Shown here: positions 49,794-58,014 of the stretch, piece after piece
Layout of the letters: each line of letters opens with the position of its first letter
Position numbering within the stretch: position 1 is the stretch's first letter
DNA from: an uncultured Gammaproteobacteria bacterium
GTDB taxonomy: Bacteria; Patescibacteriota; Microgenomatia; Daviesbacterales; UBA10151
Assembly (NCBI GenBank): GCA_964547465.1
Contig: CAZJNI010000004.1
Location: forward strand, 19,927-83,926
Reading direction: 5' to 3'
Length of the DNA stretch: 64,000 nucleotides
The notes under the pieces: generated by a model
The model's input: only the letters and a program-made list of their open reading frames with translations
The model's database searches: none
What the model was told of the DNA's origin: nothing
Position numbers and translations under genes: made by a program

Positions 49794-50997
49794 AATTTTT
49801 TAGAAAAGAGCTTTTGTAATATATCAGAATTAAGAAAGTAAAACCAACCAAGTTAATGATTGTAAATAAATTATAGTTTGCTGCCAAGAATTTGAATACG
49901 GGAGATGGAGAAAAGGTCGGATTAGGATAGACGAAATTATAATAATAGTATACATACCAAAGATTAATAAAATGGACTAGAGATAATAATATATAAATAG
50001 CAATTAGTTTTATTGAATTTTTAATTGAGGCAGCAATTAATAAAAAGGCGAAAAAAGGGAATAAATATCTTTGGTGAATACGTGTTAAAAACAAGAAAAA
50101 GGCCATAGAAGATAATGCAATTGCCAGGTAATAAATTTTATTTTGATTAATTGAAACTTTTTTAAGCGGTAGAATAATTATCAGTAATGCTACACTAAAT
50201 AATATTAATCCCCAGATTTGGTAAGTTATTCCCAGAAAAATAGTAGAGTCTGGCACCCAAAATCCAGCAAAAGACCAGAAATTATACGAAAACATTGAAG
50301 TATAAGGGTAAGTGCTGGCACTTTTTTGTAAAAGGTGATAAAGGCCTAAGATAGGATCTTTAAGAAAAAAGGGAACGGATGATAAAATCATTAAGATTGG
50401 AATTACTAAAATTGAGAAAGATTGTTGTTTCGGGAAATTTTTAATAAGATAGATTAATGATACTGGAAAAATTGCCAATCCTTGTGGTTTAATTAAGGCA
50501 GAAAAGGCCAAAAAAATACTAAAACGATAGGGTTGTTTTAACTCTAACAAAGGATAGACGGAATAAACTAAGAAAAATGCCAAGATTCCATCCACTTGTC
50601 CCCAAACAGAGGAATTAAAAATTAAAGCAGGGTTTAATAAGTATAAGATTACAGCCATAAAAGCTGCCTTCTTTTGATAATTGGAGACAATTTTGTAAAT
50701 ATAATAAGCGGTTGCCAGGTCAAATATATTAGTAAAAAGCTTCAGATAAAATTCAAAACTTAAACTAAATATTGATATATGAGGGAATAATACAGTAAAC
50801 GATTTACCCAAAAACCAAAGCATATAAAGATATCCTGGAAAATAATCAGCAAAATAATTTGGAGCATAAAAATGGATAGGAGTAACTTCGACTAATCTTG
50901 CGCTCCAAGCCTGCCAACTATTCATATCAATTTTAAAACTGGGAAGGAAAATTAAAGTTATTCTAACTAAGAATATTAAAATTAAAATTCTAATCAT
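49774..50997 (-). CDS. GT-C membrane glycosyltransferase
   Basis: DYFPGYLY, NPAL..SSVWGQVD, KPQ, RIHQRYL. Confidence 0.8.
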   Translation of the reverse strand: MIRILILIFLVRITLIFLPSFKIDMNSWQAWSARLVEVTPIHFYAPNYFADYFPGYLYMLWFLGKSFTVLFPHISIFSLSFEFYLKLFTNIFDLATAYYIYKIVSNYQKKAAFMAVILYLLNPALIFNSSVWGQVDGILAFFLVYSVYPLLELKQPYRFSIFLAFSALIKPQGLAIFPVSLIYLIKNFPKQQSFSILVIPILMILSSVPFFLKDPILGLYHLLQKSASTYPYTSMFSYNFWSFAGFWVPDSTIFLGITYQIWGLILFSVALLIIILPLKKVSINQNKIYYLAIALSSMAFFLFLTRIHQRYLFPFFAFLLIAASIKNSIKLIAIYILLSLVHFINLWYVYYYYNFVYPNPTFSPSPVFKFLAANYNLFTIINLVGFTFLILIYYKSSFLKNYAKEIS

Positions 50998-51012
50998 GCT
51001 ATTTATATATAC

Positions 51013-52263
51013 TTAAATATGCAAAAACCATAAAGTTCCTAACAGATTAATTATTACTGATAAGATAAATAATATTATAACTAAGAAAGGAGGGAAATCA
51101 CGCATGACGATAGCTAAAAGTATGATTAATCCCGGAATAATATCTAATATATATCTATAACCAAATTGCACCCAACCTGTACTAAAATAGTTTAACAGAA
51201 AGATAATTATAGATAGAGAACTAATAATTACTGATCCGTTAATTAATCTACTCTTGATAGAATGCCAATATTTCTTTCTAACAATAGCTATAGTTAAAAT
51301 AAGAAGTGGCGACGTAAATAGGATACTATCTCCTTCTTTATTAAAAATAAAATAAGGGAACCTGTTAAAGACAGAAGGGATGTTAATAAACATGTAATAA
51401 AAATTTTTTGGGATATAAATTGGGTTAAATGTACCAAATTTTTCTCTGTCTGCGGCAAAATGTAGAGCAATTTTATGTAGTGAGTGTCCATTATCAAAGT
51501 AGGAACCAAACCTTAGGTAGTTATAGTATGAGTTTAATCCAAAAATAAAAATAAAGACTAAAGTGAAAATAGATAGATTCTGAATAAGATAAATTTTATT
51601 TTTATTTTGAAGATAGGATATGAAGATAAAAGTCAAAAATATTGGAATATTAAACATGAGTAACTCTCTGCTTATAACAGCAAATCCAAAAAATACTGAA
51701 GCTAAAATTAATTTTGTTATGCTTGTAGAGTGTACGAAAAAAGTTATGAAATAAAGTGAAAGTAGAAAAAAGAGAATTGAAATAACTTGAGAAGTAAACC
51801 AGACAGAACCATTTGTAGATAAATAAAAATGTACGGTACCAAAAGCAAAAAATAAAGAAAGAAAAATTTTTTGATGGTTTGATAATATAACAAGTTTCAA
51901 TTTATTCAGTTGTTCAAGTACAAGAAATAAAATAAGGGGATTAAATGATGCAATAATTGCAGTATATAAAACATCACTTATGTTTTTACCAAACAAAGTT
52001 ACAAATGGTAAGATAGGTAATACAGTACTCGGACCCCAGTACATATAAACCTTTCCATTAAATACTGTTAAATCATTCAAATAAGGGGGAGAAGATACAA
52101 AAGAAAGGCTTCCGTGTAAAAATGCTTCAGCAAGATAGCTAAAATAATTGTAGATAGTAACAGGAAATTTGAATTGAAATCTACCTGCAAATAACAAATA
52201 AACAAACAAAACAAATGCGAAAATAAGCAAAGGATATGGTAATTTGAATTGATTTAACTTCAT
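51013..52263 (-). CDS. Putative GT-C polytopic membrane protein
   Basis: LAEAFLHG, YWGP, YNYLRFG, GYRYILD; AT-rich; paralog of the next gene. Confidence 0.7.
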   Translation of the reverse strand: MKLNQFKLPYPLLIFAFVLFVYLLFAGRFQFKFPVTIYNYFSYLAEAFLHGSLSFVSSPPYLNDLTVFNGKVYMYWGPSTVLPILPFVTLFGKNISDVLYTAIIASFNPLILFLVLEQLNKLKLVILSNHQKIFLSLFFAFGTVHFYLSTNGSVWFTSQVISILFFLLSLYFITFFVHSTSITKLILASVFFGFAVISRELLMFNIPIFLTFIFISYLQNKNKIYLIQNLSIFTLVFIFIFGLNSYYNYLRFGSYFDNGHSLHKIALHFAADREKFGTFNPIYIPKNFYYMFINIPSVFNRFPYFIFNKEGDSILFTSPLLILTIAIVRKKYWHSIKSRLINGSVIISSLSIIIFLLNYFSTGWVQFGYRYILDIIPGLIILLAIVMRDFPPFLVIILFILSVIINLLGTLWFLHI

Positions 52264-53426
52264 TTTGAGTAAAATACCATATTAATGAAATATAAATTGA
52301 TTAAAAATCCAGCTATAGCCAAAGTTAAGAATTTATAAGAAACATTTTTTTTGAATGAATAAAGTAATGCTATAAATAGCATTGGATAAAAATCGATGGC
52401 ATAGCGGTACCCGTATTGCCAGCCGCCATTGGTAAAACTTCCAAAGATAGCAAACATCATAAGTAAAGTTGTAATTCCAGCAAATTTAACCCTTTTATCT
52501 TTCCAGTTACTAAATAAAATCCAGATAAAAATTGAAGAGGTAAATAAGATGCTTAGTCCTGAACCGTCAACTCTTAAATATGGAAATTGCATTATATGTG
52601 TTCCTGGAATAAAAATAGGTTCAGGCATTTTCAAGAACATAGTATAAAGATTTGCCGGAATATGAATTAAACTCCACACACCCAACGTCCTATTGGCAAC
52701 AACTGGTCCACTATTCCATTCCTGCATAGAATAACCAGTTTCTAAAAAATTCCCAAATCGAGCAGAATTATAAATTCCTATTAAGATAAGAGATATAATT
52801 ATAGGTAAAAGTAATAAAGTGAGGTTTTTAAATTTTATTTTTTTAGATAAATCGCAGTAGGATAAGTTTAGTATAAAAAATATTACTGTAAAGATTAAGG
52901 AGATCCTTGTGATGAAAGCTAGCGCTAGATAGATACCGATAATTAGCCATGATCTATTAAAAAAATAAGCCTCTAGACTTAAAAGAGTTAGGGTAAAACC
53001 AACAATTTGTGCAAAGTACCAGGACCATGGTATTAAAGCAATCCCTAAGTATGCAGTAGAAAATAAAATTGCAAAACTTATTATAATAGATTTAGTTAAA
53101 TTACCACTTATTTTTTTAGCAATTCTGATAAGCAATAATACATTCAGTAGGTTTAAAAAAAATAACAAATATCCCTGTCTTATATGATCACCAAATATAT
53201 AAACAAACGGCATGAGTAAAATTGCAGGAAAAGGACCCAATGGCCAGTATTGACGATTTTTGTATAAGGCAGCATCAAAAGTATTTGAGAGAAAATAAAG
53301 CTTGCCTTGAAGGAAAGAAGAAGCGAGGCTTACAAATTGTTCTTGTTGGGGTGAAGTAAAAAGGTCGTAATAAACAAATAATAGAACCCCCAAAATACAG
53401 AAGAATAATATTATAATTCTCTTCAT
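52260..53426 (-). CDS. Putative GT-C polytopic membrane protein
   Basis: LASSFLQG, YNSARFG, GYRYAID; ATG 53426 (MKRIIILFF) preferred. Confidence 0.7.
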   Translation of the reverse strand: MKRIIILFFCILGVLLFVYYDLFTSPQQEQFVSLASSFLQGKLYFLSNTFDAALYKNRQYWPLGPFPAILLMPFVYIFGDHIRQGYLLFFLNLLNVLLLIRIAKKISGNLTKSIIISFAILFSTAYLGIALIPWSWYFAQIVGFTLTLLSLEAYFFNRSWLIIGIYLALAFITRISLIFTVIFFILNLSYCDLSKKIKFKNLTLLLLPIIISLILIGIYNSARFGNFLETGYSMQEWNSGPVVANRTLGVWSLIHIPANLYTMFLKMPEPIFIPGTHIMQFPYLRVDGSGLSILFTSSIFIWILFSNWKDKRVKFAGITTLLMMFAIFGSFTNGGWQYGYRYAIDFYPMLFIALLYSFKKNVSYKFLTLAIAGFLINLYFINMVFYSK

Positions 53427-54432
53427 GAATAAAGTATTAGTTATTTTAGGTCCCACTTCAACAGGGAAAACAGACTTGGCATTAACTTTGGCTAAAAAAT
53501 TTAATGGGGAGTTAGTATCGTGTGATTCCAGACAAGTATATGTGGGACTTGATATAGGGACCGGGAAGATGCCTGGAGTAGATTTAAGATTTAAGAATAA
53601 GGATTTAAGAATAAAAAAGGGAAATAATTGGTGGGAAATAGGTGGAATAAAAATCTGGATGTATGATGTAATATCCCCAAAAAGGCAGTATACAGTTTTT
53701 GATTATGTAAAAGATGCAAATAAGGCAATAGATAAGATTATAAAAAAAGGAAAGCAACCTATTATAGTTGGGGGAACTGGTTTGTATCTGAAGGGGTTGC
53801 TATATGGTTTTCCTAATTTAGGAATTCCGGTAGATAAAAAGTTAAGAAATAACTTAGAAGAGTTAACTTTAGAAGAACTTCAAAAAAACCTTCAAGGATT
53901 TTCTATTCAAAGATGGGAAAAGATGAATAGTTCAGATAGGCAAAATCCCAGAAGATTAGTTAGGGCGATAGAGCTAACTATTTCGTCATTGCGAGGAGCA
54001 AGGCGACGAAGCAATCCATTAAACATATTGCCACGGCCCTTCGGGCCTCGCAATGACATATTAAAAATTGGATTAACTACCTCAAGGGAGATTTTATACA
54101 AAAGAATTGATGAAAGAGTAGTATCTAGAATAAATGAAGGAATGATTGATGAGGCAATAAGACTATATAAAGATGGATTAAGTCTGAAAAGAATGAGACA
54201 GTTAGGGCTTGAGTATGGAGTAATGGCGGATTTTCTGGAAATCAAAATAAGCAGAGATCAATTAATTGAAACTCTGAAGGTAAAAATTCATCACTTTGCC
54301 AAACGTCAAGAAACATGGTTTAAAAAAGAAAAAGATATTAATTGGTTTGATATAGCTAAAAAAAATTATATAAATAAAGTGGAAAATTTGGTGGCTAAAT
54401 GGTATTATCAGGCAAATGCCACGCAAGATTGA
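53425..54432 (+). CDS. miaA: tRNA dimethylallyltransferase with repeat insertions
   Basis: GPTSTGKT, DSRQVY..LDIGTGK, VGGTGLY, AKRQETWF. Confidence 0.97.
   Translation: MNKVLVILGPTSTGKTDLALTLAKKFNGELVSCDSRQVYVGLDIGTGKMPGVDLRFKNKDLRIKKGNNWWEIGGIKIWMYDVISPKRQYTVFDYVKDANKAIDKIIKKGKQPIIVGGTGLYLKGLLYGFPNLGIPVDKKLRNNLEELTLEELQKNLQGFSIQRWEKMNSSDRQNPRRLVRAIELTISSLRGARRRSNPLNILPRPFGPRNDILKIGLTTSREILYKRIDERVVSRINEGMIDEAIRLYKDGLSLKRMRQLGLEYGVMADFLEIKISRDQLIETLKVKIHHFAKRQETWFKKEKDINWFDIAKKNYINKVENLVAKWYYQANATQD
53984..54057. repeat. CGTCAT-tagged REP-like doublet in frame in miaA
   Basis: cgtcattgcgagg...gaagcaatcc...attgccacg-gcccttcgggc-ctcgcaatgac, read as SLRGARRRSNPLNILPRPFGPRND. Confidence 0.92.
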
Positions 54433-55384
54433 TATTTCACACAAGACTGTAATATTTATTACAGTTTTCATTTTGGGTCTTTGGATAATCTATTTAATTA
54501 AAGATTTGCTTGTTATTCTTTTTGTGGCAATTATTTTGATGTCTGCCCTGGAGCCTCTAGTGAATTTTTTTACCAAACTTAAACTTCCCAGGGCATTGGG
54601 TATTGCAATAACCTACATTATTATAATAACAATACTAGCGGGGATATTAGCAGTCATATTACCGCCTTTAATTGAGCAAAGCAGTAAATTAATTGTGACA
54701 CTACCTCCTCTTTTGGGACAAGTTTTTAATATTACCAATATAGATAAATCAGTATTTCAATCGGAATTAACCTCACTTTCAAAAAATGCATTTTCAATTA
54801 CTCTTTCAGTATTTGATAATTTTCTAACAATAATATTTCTCCTGGTTATAACTTTTTATCTTCTGCTGGAACATAATAATTTAGAAAATAGAATTGCTGC
54901 TTTATTTATAGGTCAGGAAGAAAAAATAAGAAGTTTAACTATCCAGATTCAGGAAAAATTAGGATCCTGGCTTAGAGGACAGTTAGTTTTAAGTTTAATA
55001 ATTGGAACCTTCTCCTATATAGGGCTTATTATTTTGAATGTTCCTTATGCCTTGCCTTTATCATTAATGGCAGCGATTATGGAGGTTATCCCGGTTATCG
55101 GACCGATAATCTCATCAGTTCCGGCAATACTGGTTGCATTGACTATTTCTCCCCTGTTGGGTTTGGGAGTTACCGTTATGTATTTTGTAATACAGCAATT
55201 AGAAAATAATTTGATAGTACCCCAGGTGATGAAAAAGGCAGTTGGTTTGAATCCCCTAGTAGTTATTTTAACTATTGCGGTGGGAGGTAGGCTTTTAGGA
55301 TTTGCCGGAGCTTTACTTGCAGTGCCGATTGCTGTTGTTTTGCAAATTATTGCAACCGAAGTAATTAAAGCTAGAAAAAGTTAA
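54416..55384 (+). CDS. AI-2E family transporter
   Basis: WLRGQL, IPVIGP, QQLENNLIVP..M, GALLAVP. Confidence 0.92.
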   Translation: MPRKIDISHKTVIFITVFILGLWIIYLIKDLLVILFVAIILMSALEPLVNFFTKLKLPRALGIAITYIIIITILAGILAVILPPLIEQSSKLIVTLPPLLGQVFNITNIDKSVFQSELTSLSKNAFSITLSVFDNFLTIIFLLVITFYLLLEHNNLENRIAALFIGQEEKIRSLTIQIQEKLGSWLRGQLVLSLIIGTFSYIGLIILNVPYALPLSLMAAIMEVIPVIGPIISSVPAILVALTISPLLGLGVTVMYFVIQQLENNLIVPQVMKKAVGLNPLVVILTIAVGGRLLGFAGALLAVPIAVVLQIIATEVIKARKS

Positions 55385-55391
55385 ATTTTTT

Positions 55392-55710
55392 GCCTAGGAA
55401 GAGGGTAAGCCAGATTCTGTTTCAAGATGATCATTTATCTAGACTGTGATTTTTAATGTCACATCTTCCGCCAGTCGGCGGATGCTCCTTATTTAAACTA
55501 TTAAGCGAGCAGCTTAGTTTTTTCTAGGATTGCAGCGGGGAGGATTGCCACGTTTCACCCGAGCTTGACCCCGGTTCGTCACTGTTGCTCTATACTCTGT
55601 CTTACGACCGTCCGACTTACGCCGGACACCCTGCTCTATGCTGTCTGGACTTTCCTCCCGTTCAAATTTCTTTTAGAAATTTGCGCGGGCGATCATCCTT
55701 CTTCCTAGGC
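55392..55710 (-). ncRNA. rnpB: RNase P RNA
   Basis: Minus strand: P1 ends gcctaggaaga/tcttcctaggc, GAGGAAAGTCC, AGAGCAACAG, GGGTGAAACG, TAGATAAATG, AACAGAATCTGGCTTA. Confidence 0.96.
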
Positions 55711-55745
55711 CGATACATTTTACTATATAATCAAGCTAGATTCAA

Positions 55746-57296
55746 ATGCTTTCACAAATTTTATCTGGTGCAAATATTGGATTAGATGCTGTTTTAATAA
55801 CTGTGGAAGTTGATGTTTCTTCAAGCGGCCTGCCACATTTTATTATGGTGGGACTTGCTGATAGAGCTGTTGAGGAGAGTAAAGAAAGAGTTAGATCAGC
55901 CATTAGAAATTCCGGTTCAAAGTTCCCAGATCATAAAATTACTGTAAATTTAGCACCAGCTGATTTACCAAAGATGGGTCCTCATTATGATTTACCGATT
56001 GCTTTAGGTGTGCTTTTAGCATCAGGTCAAATCCCCCAAAAAAGTATTTTTAACATTGAGGAAACTTTAGTTCTAGGGGAACTGTCGCTAGATGGAAGCC
56101 TGCGTTATACACACGGGATTTTACCAATTGCGCTTCTTGCAAAAAAAATGGGGTTTAATACAATTTTTGTTCCAAAAGATAATGCAAAGGAAGCATCAGT
56201 GGTTGAAGGGTTGAGAGTCTTTGCTTTTGATTCACTGGCACAACTAATGAAAGTGTTTTTATCTCAAGAGGAAATAAAACCTACGTCTCCGGAAAAATTA
56301 AATTTAGATGACGATTTGATATTTGACTACGATTTTTCACAGGTTAAAGGTCAAGAACAATCGAAACGAGCGCTAGAGGTTGCAGCAGCAGGCGGACATA
56401 ATATTTTACTTAAAGGTCCTCCTGGTGCCGGAAAAACCATGTTGGCTAGAGCTTTTAGCTCCATTTTGCCTCCCCTGGATTTTGAAGAGGCACTCGAGGT
56501 TACAAAAATATATTCAATCGCAGGGCTTATGGAGGGCGGAAAGTCTCTAGTGACTAGACGCCCCTTTCGGTCTCCACATCACACAGCTTCATATATAGGT
56601 TTAATTGGAGGGGGGAATAATATAAGACCTGGTGAAATTTCACTCGCTCATAGAGGAGTCTTATTTTTGGATGAGATACCAGAATTCCCCAGACATGTTT
56701 TGGAAGTTTTACGCCAACCACTGGAAGATCATAAAGTGACAATCTCCAGAGCATCAGGTTCGCTTACCTTTCCTGCAAAATTTATTTTACTGGCTGCACA
56801 AAATCCCTGTCCATGCGGATTTTTAGGAGATTTAAAAAAAAGTTGTATTTGTATGCCGGGACAGATTGCTAAATATAAGAAAAGAATTTCAGGACCACTG
56901 CTGGATAGGATTGATATTTATTTGGAAGTACCTGCAGTTGAGGTAGAAAAACTCTCGTCAATAAATTTGTCAGAAGACTCGAAAACTATCAGGGATAGGG
57001 TAACCAAGGCAAGAGGAGTACAAAAACAAAGGTATAAAGGCCCGCCTGGCGGTGAGGCAAGTAGAATTTTAACTAATTCTGAAATGACAAATCAGGATAT
57101 AAAGGAGTTTTGTACATTAACTGCTGATTCGCTGGATTTGTTGAAAAAAGCAATTTCATCGCTTAATCTTTCTGCCAGAGGTTATCACAGAGTTTTAAAA
57201 CTCGCCAGGACTATTGCGGATTTGGCTCTATCTGAAAATATTTTGACAGAGCATATAGCAGAAGCACTTCAGTATAGATCTAGAGAAGAATTTTAA
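55746..57296 (+). CDS. comM: ComM/YifB Mg-chelatase-like AAA+ ATPase
   Basis: TVNLAPADLPK, GPPGAGKT, RPFRSPHH, NPCPCG, LSARGY. Confidence 0.95.
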   Translation: MLSQILSGANIGLDAVLITVEVDVSSSGLPHFIMVGLADRAVEESKERVRSAIRNSGSKFPDHKITVNLAPADLPKMGPHYDLPIALGVLLASGQIPQKSIFNIEETLVLGELSLDGSLRYTHGILPIALLAKKMGFNTIFVPKDNAKEASVVEGLRVFAFDSLAQLMKVFLSQEEIKPTSPEKLNLDDDLIFDYDFSQVKGQEQSKRALEVAAAGGHNILLKGPPGAGKTMLARAFSSILPPLDFEEALEVTKIYSIAGLMEGGKSLVTRRPFRSPHHTASYIGLIGGGNNIRPGEISLAHRGVLFLDEIPEFPRHVLEVLRQPLEDHKVTISRASGSLTFPAKFILLAAQNPCPCGFLGDLKKSCICMPGQIAKYKKRISGPLLDRIDIYLEVPAVEVEKLSSINLSEDSKTIRDRVTKARGVQKQRYKGPPGGEASRILTNSEMTNQDIKEFCTLTADSLDLLKKAISSLNLSARGYHRVLKLARTIADLALSENILTEHIAEALQYRSREEF

Positions 57297-57306
57297 ATTT
57301 TTAACC

Positions 57307-57360
57307 CACGAGAAATCCGGCCCAAAGGCCGGATCTTTCGTGATGGTGAACGCGTTCACC
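57307..57360. terminator. Two hairpins between convergent genes
   Basis: cacgagaaatccggcc-caaa-ggccggatctttcgtg and ggtgaac-gc-gttcacc. Confidence 0.55.
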
Positions 57361-57368
57361 AGACAATT

Positions 57369-57506
57369 CTACCCACCAATTCTAAACATTGAGGTGCCAC
57401 AAACTGGGCATTTACCTTTTGAGGCTTTTTTACCATTTTTCATGGTAACTCCTTGTACATCTTGCGCATCCCTTTTGGTGCGGCATTTGACGCAATACAT
57501 TTGCAT
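57369..57506 (-). CDS. DUF5679-like small zinc-ribbon protein (45 aa), absent from the ORF track
   Basis: Hand translation MQMYCVKCRTKR...MKNGKKASKGKCPVCGTSMFRIGG; strong SD GGGAGGTGAA. Confidence 0.85.
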   Translation of the reverse strand: MQMYCVKCRTKRDAQDVQGVTMKNGKKASKGKCPVCGTSMFRIGG

Positions 57507-57524
57507 AACTTGATTCACCTCCCT

Positions 57525-57827
57525 TCAAAAAAAATTTAGATTCACAATATGATTATTTATTAAAAAATATAGAATAATTTGTGCTCCAATTGCAGCTCCT
57601 GAAAAAGTTAATATCTTTAAAAGATCTTGATGAAGATAGATTACATCGGTAGCTGGCTCGCTTCGCGAAGTGGGTAGCTGGCTCGCTTCGCGAAGTGGGT
57701 AGTCGGTAGTATGGGTAGCTACAGACTGCTTGCTACTAGCTACTGATTCCCGACCATAAAATTGCTGACGGAGAATTTTCAGGCGTTTTTCTAAATCTGA
57801 CTGTTTTTTAGTTTGTTGAATAGCCAT
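57525..57827 (-). CDS. Hypothetical membrane protein with a repeat-derived middle
   Basis: C-terminal TM helix; upstream promoter TTGACA-17 nt-TAGGCT (57864-57892). Confidence 0.65.
   Translation of the reverse strand: MAIQQTKKQSDLEKRLKILRQQFYGRESVASSKQSVATHTTDYPLREASQLPTSRSEPATDVIYLHQDLLKILTFSGAAIGAQIILYFLINNHIVNLNFF
57648..57702. repeat. 25-bp tandem duplication containing a hairpin
   Basis: ggtagctggctcgcttcgcgaagtg x2 plus ggtag. Confidence 0.9.
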
Positions 57828-58014
57828 ACTAGTTTTCCCGCAGGATCAAATCGATTAGATTTGAGCCTAACACGCACAAACATGCTTGTCAAGCACCAAT
57901 TGAACCTAAAACTATGAGATAATCGTTTTATAATTAAATACCTGCCTAACGGTGCACTACTGTTGCACAATACATTTATCATACGGTCGTAGCATAAATG
58001 TATTAAGAGCAAGG

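Noticed and set aside
55585-55785. 66-aa plus-strand ORF
   Set aside because: Antisense to the RNase P RNA, with no protein features.
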